DNA of 64,000 bases from Nitrospirota bacterium (lineage in GTDB: Bacteria; Nitrospirota; UBA9217): the NCBI GenBank assembly GCA_963737155.1, contig CAVTRN010000002.1, positions 2,944,001 to 3,008,000 of the forward strand, read 5' to 3'. The notes beneath the pieces were generated by a model that did not search any database, was not told the origin of the DNA, and saw nothing but the letters and a program-made list of their open reading frames with translations. Each line of letters begins with the position of its first letter. The stretch's first letter is position 1. This document shows positions 58,148 through 64,000 of the stretch, in pieces. Both the position numbers and the translations under genes were made by a program.

Positions 58148-59088
58148 TAGAACTCCAGGACGCTCTGCGCAAAAAGGAAATCTGGGCAATTGGCGGCGGC
58201 AAGGGCGGGATCGGCAAAAGCCTGATCACCGGCAATATTGGCATCTGCCTTGCCCAGCTCAAGAAAAAAGTTCTCCTCGTTGATGCTGATCTGGGTGGCG
58301 CGAACCTCCATACCACGCTCGGTATCGGCGTCCCCGAGACGACACTGTCGGACTTCCTGAATCGCCGCGTGAACCGCATTCAGGACGTTATCATTGACAC
58401 GAACATCCCGAACCTTAGTCTGATCAGCGGGGCCCAGGATTTTCTCGATGCTGCAAACCCCAATTATGCGCAGAAGACCCGGCTACTCAGACACCTCACG
58501 ACCCTGGACGCCGATTATATCCTGCTTGATCTCGGTGCCGGGACTTCCTTCAACATACTTGACTTCTTCCTCTTCTCGGACCACGGCATACTGGTCGTTC
58601 TGCCCGAGCCCACGGCTATCGAGAACGCCTACCGGTTCATCAAGAGCGCCTTTTACCGCAGGTTTAAGAAGGTTGTGGCGAACCAGAACATCAAGGATCT
58701 TATCGACACAGCCATGGATCAGAAAAACAGTATGGGCATACACACCCCCTATGACCTGATCGAGCATGTAAAGACCGTGGAACGCGAGGTCGGCGAAATC
58801 CTCGAATTAGAGGTGCTCAAATTCAGGCCCAAACTCGTGGTAAACCAGGTTCGGACCAAGAACGACATCCAGATCGGCTTCTCTATGAAGAGCGCCTGCC
58901 AGAAATACTTCGGAATCAATCTCGAGTATCTTGGATACGTGGAATACGACGACTGCGTGTGGCAATCCATCCGAAGCAAGCGGCCGCTCGCTATCGAATA
59001 CCCTTACTCGCGGCCGTCGCGGTGCATCGAACGCATAGTCCACAATTTGCTTCGGAAGGAGCAGCTGACACTAAGCGTACTCTACTAG
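58144..59088 (+). CDS. MinD/ParA-family (FlhG-like) ATPase
   Basis: GGKGGIGKS, DADLGGANLH, DLGAG, PEPTAIENAY; ATGA overlap with scpB. Confidence 0.9.
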   Translation: MIELQDALRKKEIWAIGGGKGGIGKSLITGNIGICLAQLKKKVLLVDADLGGANLHTTLGIGVPETTLSDFLNRRVNRIQDVIIDTNIPNLSLISGAQDFLDAANPNYAQKTRLLRHLTTLDADYILLDLGAGTSFNILDFFLFSDHGILVVLPEPTAIENAYRFIKSAFYRRFKKVVANQNIKDLIDTAMDQKNSMGIHTPYDLIEHVKTVEREVGEILELEVLKFRPKLVVNQVRTKNDIQIGFSMKSACQKYFGINLEYLGYVEYDDCVWQSIRSKRPLAIEYPYSRPSRCIERIVHNLLRKEQLTLSVLY

Positions 59089-59099
59089 GGAGTGGTGCT

Positions 59100-59801
59100 G
59101 TGATAAAAAAAATAGAGGACTTGAACTTCTACGAGCTGCTGGAAGTAAGCCCATTAGCCACCACACAGGAAATCCATAAAGCATATGAACGGGTCAGAAA
59201 GGTGTACGAACCGAATTCAATCGCCTTGTACTCTCTCTTTACGCCAAAAGAAACCGCCGCGATCCATCAGCGGGTAGAGGACGCATACCATACGCTTATC
59301 TATGAAGACAACCGGCGAAAATATGACGCCATGCTAAGAGAGCTGAATGAGTTGTCCGAACCGCCGATTCCTTCCAAGCCCCAGACATATCAACACCGGC
59401 TCGGCCAGCAGTCGATAACGTTCCCGGACGAGTATTTTACTCTCTCTGAGAGGGATTCAAAACCCCAGATCACCGCCGTGGTCGCCGCAGTGTCCGCGTC
59501 TGTTCTGGAACCGTCTGCTCCCGAGTCAGCGTTCATTGGAGAATTCACCGGTCCCGCCATCAAAGCCTTGAGAGAACAGCGCGGCCAGAATCTGCGATTC
59601 ATAGCGGATCTCACAAAAGTAAGCGCACGATATCTTGAATTCATTGAAGAAGAAAATTTTCAGAAGCTTCCAGCACGGACTTACACTAGGGGTTTTCTCA
59701 TGCTCTACGCCAAAGCCCTCGGTTGCGCCAATGCTGAGCAGCTTGCAAGCGACTACCTGAAGCGATACGACGCAGCCATGAAATCACCAGCGAAAAAATA
59801 A
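59100..59801 (+). CDS. J-domain-like plus RodZ/XRE-type HTH protein
   Basis: NFYELLEVSPLATTQEIHKAY...AYHTL...RRKYD with no HPD motif; C-terminal G..LREQRG...YLEFIEEENFQKLPARTYTRGFL..YAKALG. Confidence 0.85.
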   Translation: MIKKIEDLNFYELLEVSPLATTQEIHKAYERVRKVYEPNSIALYSLFTPKETAAIHQRVEDAYHTLIYEDNRRKYDAMLRELNELSEPPIPSKPQTYQHRLGQQSITFPDEYFTLSERDSKPQITAVVAAVSASVLEPSAPESAFIGEFTGPAIKALREQRGQNLRFIADLTKVSARYLEFIEEENFQKLPARTYTRGFLMLYAKALGCANAEQLASDYLKRYDAAMKSPAKK

Positions 59802-59819
59802 TATCGGTCATGCATGTGG

Positions 59820-59845
59820 AAAGGGGCATCTCCCACCCCTTTTTG
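59820..59845 (+). terminator. Putative intrinsic terminator
   Basis: AAGGGG...CCCCTT stem followed by a T tract. Confidence 0.45.
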
Positions 59846-60382
59846 CTAGCTTTTTACTCCACTCTACCGCATGTTATCAACTGCCTACTGCCTAACGTCG
59901 GCCACTTTTCTCAGTTCTCGCTCCTTTCAAAAAACACATAATGCTGGATAGATAATCAACCCGAGCATCGTCGAGGTTATAGCAATGGAATTCTTGAGGA
60001 GAGCCTAAATAGCTTGGTTCAGAAAGCCAGATATAAGGCACGGGATGTCGAACATTCGCAAACATCTTAACAATTATTCCTACATGCTTACTTGCAAGTT
60101 CGACTGCAGTAAAGTCGGCTTACCCGATTGAGTTAAGAAAGGACCGCAACGTTGTTCTCATTGCAGCTCCTCTGGATGCTATTTATCGTAATGTTTAGAC
60201 GATCAGGAATGAGGTCCTTGATCATGAAATATAAAACTATTATGAACAGGCAAGACAGATTGTAGTGCTTATTTTGGAGCGTCTGTTGAGGGAGCTATAG
60301 TATTTAATGCAGTCGTACCAATGATCGAGAAAATATACGTGCTTATCTATAATATTTATATTTGAAGATCTCGTAAAAAAGG

Positions 60383-60409
60383 ATTCCTCGCAGCAGAGCT
60401 ACGGGGTAT
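60383..60409. repeat. Palindrome ATTCCTCGCAGCAGAGCTACGGGGTAT
   Basis: Same family as 2839 and 11662. Confidence 0.55.
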
Positions 60410-60595
60410 AACCTCCGTGATCAAATTTTCCAGAACAGCCATACCAGTACGATCCCCTTCCTTATGATTCCTGATCGATTCAATCGGTGATAGGGTTCCT
60501 CATACAAAGAGAACAGTATTCTCGCTGCGATTTTACGCGGGAATCCAGCTTTGGGGTGTCGTTCGAGTGCTGAGAATCCTGTTTCTCCAGTGAAA

Positions 60596-61249
60596 TTATT
60601 GCTGTTTCTTTTCCAGCTTCTTCCAGTCTGTCAGGAACTTGTTGATGCCGATGTCGGTCAGGGGATGCTTCACAAGCTGATCTATAACGTTAAAGGGGAT
60701 TGTGGCGATATGGGCACCGGCAAGTGCCGCATCAACGACATGGAGCGGGTTTCTGACGCTCGCAACGATGATCTCGGTTTCGAACCCGTAGTTATTATAG
60801 ATCTCAAGAATCTGGCGCACCAAATCCATGCCGTAATGACTGATGTCATCGAGCCTACCGACAAAAGGGCTCACGTAGGCCGCACCGACCTTGGCCGCGA
60901 GCAGCGCCTGGCTAGGAGAGAAGACGAGTGTCATGTTCACCTTGATGTCTTTTTCAGCAAGAATCTTTGTCGCCTTCAGCCCGTCCTTGGTGAGGGGAAG
61001 CTTTACCACGATGTTTTTGTGAATCTTCGCGAGTTCGACGCCCTCGGCAACCATTTTGTCCGCCTCCAGGCTTACAGCCTCTGCGCTGATTGGACCATCG
61101 ACGATAGAGCAAATCTCTGCGATAACCTGATTGAAATCACGGCCTTCCTTCGCCACGAGCGACGGGTTTGTCGTGACTCCATCCACGACCCCGAGGCTTG
61201 CCGCCTCGCGGATTTCCTTCACATTTGCTGTGTCGATAAAAAATTTCAT
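60596..61249 (-). CDS. tal: Transaldolase (short FSA-like fold)
   Basis: [18 protein letters not shown] (Glu), VVKLP, SPFVGR (Phe). The Glu/Phe pair favours transaldolase over F6P aldolase. Confidence 0.88.
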   Translation of the reverse strand: MKFFIDTANVKEIREAASLGVVDGVTTNPSLVAKEGRDFNQVIAEICSIVDGPISAEAVSLEADKMVAEGVELAKIHKNIVVKLPLTKDGLKATKILAEKDIKVNMTLVFSPSQALLAAKVGAAYVSPFVGRLDDISHYGMDLVRQILEIYNNYGFETEIIVASVRNPLHVVDAALAGAHIATIPFNVIDQLVKHPLTDIGINKFLTDWKKLEKKQQ

Positions 61250-62514
61250 TCCTGATTCTCCTTGTTGTCCAACGTTATCGGTCTACCGGTGGCCCTGCGC
61301 CCTGAGCTCGCCATTTCCGCATTCCTTAGCGCCTCTTCCACCACCTGTATCGTATGCATCGCCTCTATTTTCGAGCCTGCCAGCTTCAGAGCATTGGCTA
61401 TCTGCATGCGACAGCCCGGACATCCAGTTACCACAGTCGACGCCTCTGTAGCGATGATATTTTTTGCTTTATCTTCCGCGATACCATCGGACAGCTTCTG
61501 ATGCGTAATCCGCATAACGCCACCGAAACCACAGCACCGGTCTGCGTTGCTCATCTCCACGAGCGTAAGCCCGGGGAGCGAACGGAGAATGCCGCGCACC
61601 ATTCCGGACAATCCCTGCCCCCTGCCGAGGTGACAGGGGTTGTGATAGGTCACCGTTCTTCGGACAAAGCCCATCGGCATGTCTGGAAGCGCATGAGCGA
61701 TGAATTCATGGATATCGAGGACAACAGGCACCTTCCCTGACAGCCGAAGCAGTTTAGGGTATTCCTCTTTAAAAGTCAAGCCGCAGGAGGCGCAGGCAGT
61801 GACGATGGCGTCTACTCGAAGTGCTTCGAAAAGCGCAGAGTTGTGAGCAGCCAGTTCCACCGCAGCCCTGCGGTCACCAAGAGAAAGTATTGATCTGCCG
61901 CAACAGCGCAGGCCGTCCGGAACAACCACCTCATACCCGAGCCTGCCAAGGACCGATGTCACGGCCCTCCCAATATCCTTTTGTATCGTGTTAATCGCAC
62001 ATCCGGGGAAAAACGCCACTCTGCCTCTGTTCTTTTGCCTACACCCTGACTTCTCTCCCTTTGAACTTTGAACTTTGAACTCTGACCTCCCCTTCGTATA
62101 ATGCAACGCCACGGGAGCGAGCCACGCAGTTGCGCTCAACGCAGCCGGATGCTTCAGCACATTGTAAACAATCCTGTCGATGATCCCAGTTCCCAATTCC
62201 GCGACAACCTGTTCCTTCGCAGCCTGGATGATCTTCACGACCGGCACACTGTTGGGGCAGGATGCCTCGCAAGCAAAGCAGGTAGTGCAAGTTGCAAGGC
62301 GGTCCTTGAATATCGCCGACAACGCGAGTTTTCTGTCAAGGACGGCTTTTACGAGCGCCATTCTGCCGCGGGCGGAATACGATTCACCCCGCTCATGGAG
62401 ATAGGTGGGGCACACAGCGCTGCAGGTCCCGCACTTGACGCAGCGCTCGATCTCGCGACGGTATGTTTCAAGCAACGGGGCAGGCAGGAAATGGGGTGAT
62501 ATTTTTTTTGTCAT
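61246..62514 (-). CDS. GlcF-like Fe-S oxidoreductase subunit (CCG domains)
   Basis: [24 protein letters not shown], two CCG domains. Confidence 0.9.
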   Translation of the reverse strand: MTKKISPHFLPAPLLETYRREIERCVKCGTCSAVCPTYLHERGESYSARGRMALVKAVLDRKLALSAIFKDRLATCTTCFACEASCPNSVPVVKIIQAAKEQVVAELGTGIIDRIVYNVLKHPAALSATAWLAPVALHYTKGRSEFKVQSSKGEKSGCRQKNRGRVAFFPGCAINTIQKDIGRAVTSVLGRLGYEVVVPDGLRCCGRSILSLGDRRAAVELAAHNSALFEALRVDAIVTACASCGLTFKEEYPKLLRLSGKVPVVLDIHEFIAHALPDMPMGFVRRTVTYHNPCHLGRGQGLSGMVRGILRSLPGLTLVEMSNADRCCGFGGVMRITHQKLSDGIAEDKAKNIIATEASTVVTGCPGCRMQIANALKLAGSKIEAMHTIQVVEEALRNAEMASSGRRATGRPITLDNKENQE

Positions 62515-62519
62515 TGAAA

Positions 62520-63110
62520 GATTACGCCGGGATCCCGAGGGACACCACGCATAGAGTTCATCGATATCGACATTGTCCAGTACGATAAAGCCGTCTGGAC
62601 AGTTCATTCCGGTGAGGCGTCGGCCTGTCGTTGATTCCACCAGCAATACGGCCATGAATGCCCACGGCCCGATCGAGCGTTATGTTCCAGCGCGGCTAGT
62701 TGCCGTTTCTAGGTCCCATTTTTCTCAGCTCATATACATCCGGCGATATGATTCCGGATTGGAGCCCGTATTTGGCATGTTTCAGGTCGGGATGGCTCAA
62801 CCCAAAAAACTTGTAGAACCGCAAACGTTAAAATTCCCCTCGCGGTTGCGCCGATCGCCCCGCCTCCGTTTATCACCGCACCTGCCCCCCAAGCCGAACA
62901 ACTCACGATAGTACTTGACAGGCCGGTCCCCTTTATGGCACGCCAGGAAACAGGCATATTTATCGAAAACGATTCTGCTGTCTCGGAACGACGCTATCCG
63001 CGACAGTAGCGTTTCGGATTTCGGTGCAGAGGAACCTAATAATGGGGACATGCGGCAAACGAGCAGAAGCAGATCTAACAACCTCGCGAGATAAAAAAAG
63101 TTCTTTTTGA
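62520..63110 (-). pseudogene. L,D-transpeptidase (YkuD) remnant (limits approximate)
   Basis: Across frames: RIVFDK...GDKRRRGDRRNREGNF, FFGLSHPD, AVGIHG, NCPDGFIVLDNVDIDELY (the position expected to be catalytic Cys reads Phe). Confidence 0.65.
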
Positions 63111-63136
63111 ATCCAGATTGCTCAGTAAACCCCACG

Positions 63137-63397
63137 TTAAGTGTTGTTTTTTTCTTCATATCGCTGAGCGCAGGCATCACTGCAGAAGGAGCAAAGCTTT
63201 CCTCCAATGCGGCGGGTAACGGCGCGGGCCTTTGGTATGTAAGTTCGGCATTCGAGGTCCTGCACCATCTCTTCACCCATGAGGCGATCGCTTTTCCGAT
63301 CCTCCCCATGGTAGGATCTAACCGCTGAACGAAACACGGTTTTAAAGACATAGTAGACCACAGCAACACAAAAAAGAATAAACAGGTCACGTATCAT
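63137..63397 (-). CDS. Membrane-anchored TRASH/YHS-like small protein
   Basis: N-terminal TM, MVQD.EC.TYIP...FCSDAC. Confidence 0.8.
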   Translation of the reverse strand: MIRDLFILFCVAVVYYVFKTVFRSAVRSYHGEDRKSDRLMGEEMVQDLECRTYIPKARAVTRRIGGKLCSFCSDACAQRYEEKNNT

Positions 63398-63963
63398 CGA
63401 GCTTCCTTTTTGGAGATTTTTTTGAGCTCAGCGATGTTCGATCGCAAGAGTTCCGCCTGCGGATAATTGGGCGACAGCTTCAGAATCTCCTCCCATTCAT
63501 GAATGGCGGCCTGATAATTCTTTTTATCGTTGGCATAGACGACCCCCATATTGAAGCGGGCGTATAAGTGCGAGGGATCATATTCCAGTACAACGCGGTA
63601 TTCAAACAACGCCCGGTCATAGTACCCCAGGTTGCGATAGGAGGTCCCCATGTCTGTCCGAACGTCCGCGTTCCGGGGGTCGATCTGCAGCGCCCGCTCA
63701 TAAGACGTGATGGCATTCCGCCAGTCTCCGCTGTCGTAATAGGCATTTCCAAGTGCTATTAGCGTGGCAAGATTATCCGGATCTTCCGCAAGGATGGTCC
63801 GGTATTCATCGATCAGGCCTGCATAGTTCGGTATCTTGGCTTGTTCCGTATCGCCGGCCTGCTGCGACCGGGGTAGCGTGGAATGGTATTTTTTCTCTTG
63901 CGTTTTCGTGCAGCCCGCGAGAAGGGAAAAGCAAAGAATCATTGTAACAAAAATAGTGTTCAT
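63394..63963 (-). CDS. TPR-repeat lipoprotein
   Basis: LAGC lipobox; TPRs (LGNAYYDSG, VRTDMG, ARFNMG). Confidence 0.88.
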   Translation of the reverse strand: MNTIFVTMILCFSLLAGCTKTQEKKYHSTLPRSQQAGDTEQAKIPNYAGLIDEYRTILAEDPDNLATLIALGNAYYDSGDWRNAITSYERALQIDPRNADVRTDMGTSYRNLGYYDRALFEYRVVLEYDPSHLYARFNMGVVYANDKKNYQAAIHEWEEILKLSPNYPQAELLRSNIAELKKISKKEAR

Positions 63964-64000
63964 GACAGTTAAACAGCCTGTTTGGCTTCATCTGCGGCAA

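Noticed and set aside
60460-60550. Degenerate ATTCCCGC...GCGGGAATCCAG REP-like sequence
   Set aside because: Too degenerate, and no clear second copy in the window.

Overview
Bacterial chromosome segment. An anaerobic Nitrospirota/Desulfobacterota-like organism is inferred from gene content only. The left part (1 to ~41.6 kb) is a decaying mosaic genomic island that ends at a truncated tyrosine integrase abutting the 3' end of tRNA-Glu(TTC); its other boundary was not found in this window. The island carries stress, oxygen and desiccation genes (two lmo0937-like proteins, DUF6496, PA2779 family, DUF748, SYLF, GH15, GH13, cydAB, MscS, katG), an isobutyryl-CoA-mutase-type B12 mutase/MeaB plus beta-oxidation cluster, and an AraC/AKR/ADH/cupin/CMD/flavodoxin/SDR cluster. 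It also has many pseudogenes, three different MITE-like elements and an attC-like site. The right part is core genome: tRNA-Glu, tRNA-Lys, purA, serA, a class V aminotransferase, ttcA, nrdJ with NrdR boxes, an ISL3 remnant, USP plus a kinase-like gene, scpA-HEAT-scpB-ParA/FlhG-like ATPase-J/HTH, transaldolase and a GlcF-like gene. The strongest leads are: (1) a DUF1573 gene with an in-frame TGA in an S-U-G-C-T motif and a SECIS-like hairpin (probable selenoprotein, split in the ORF track); (2) a HEAT-repeat gene between kleisin scpA and scpB; (3) a desulforedoxin-like CxxC..CC domain fused to a histone-H1-like tail; (4) the ICM-type mutase locus.
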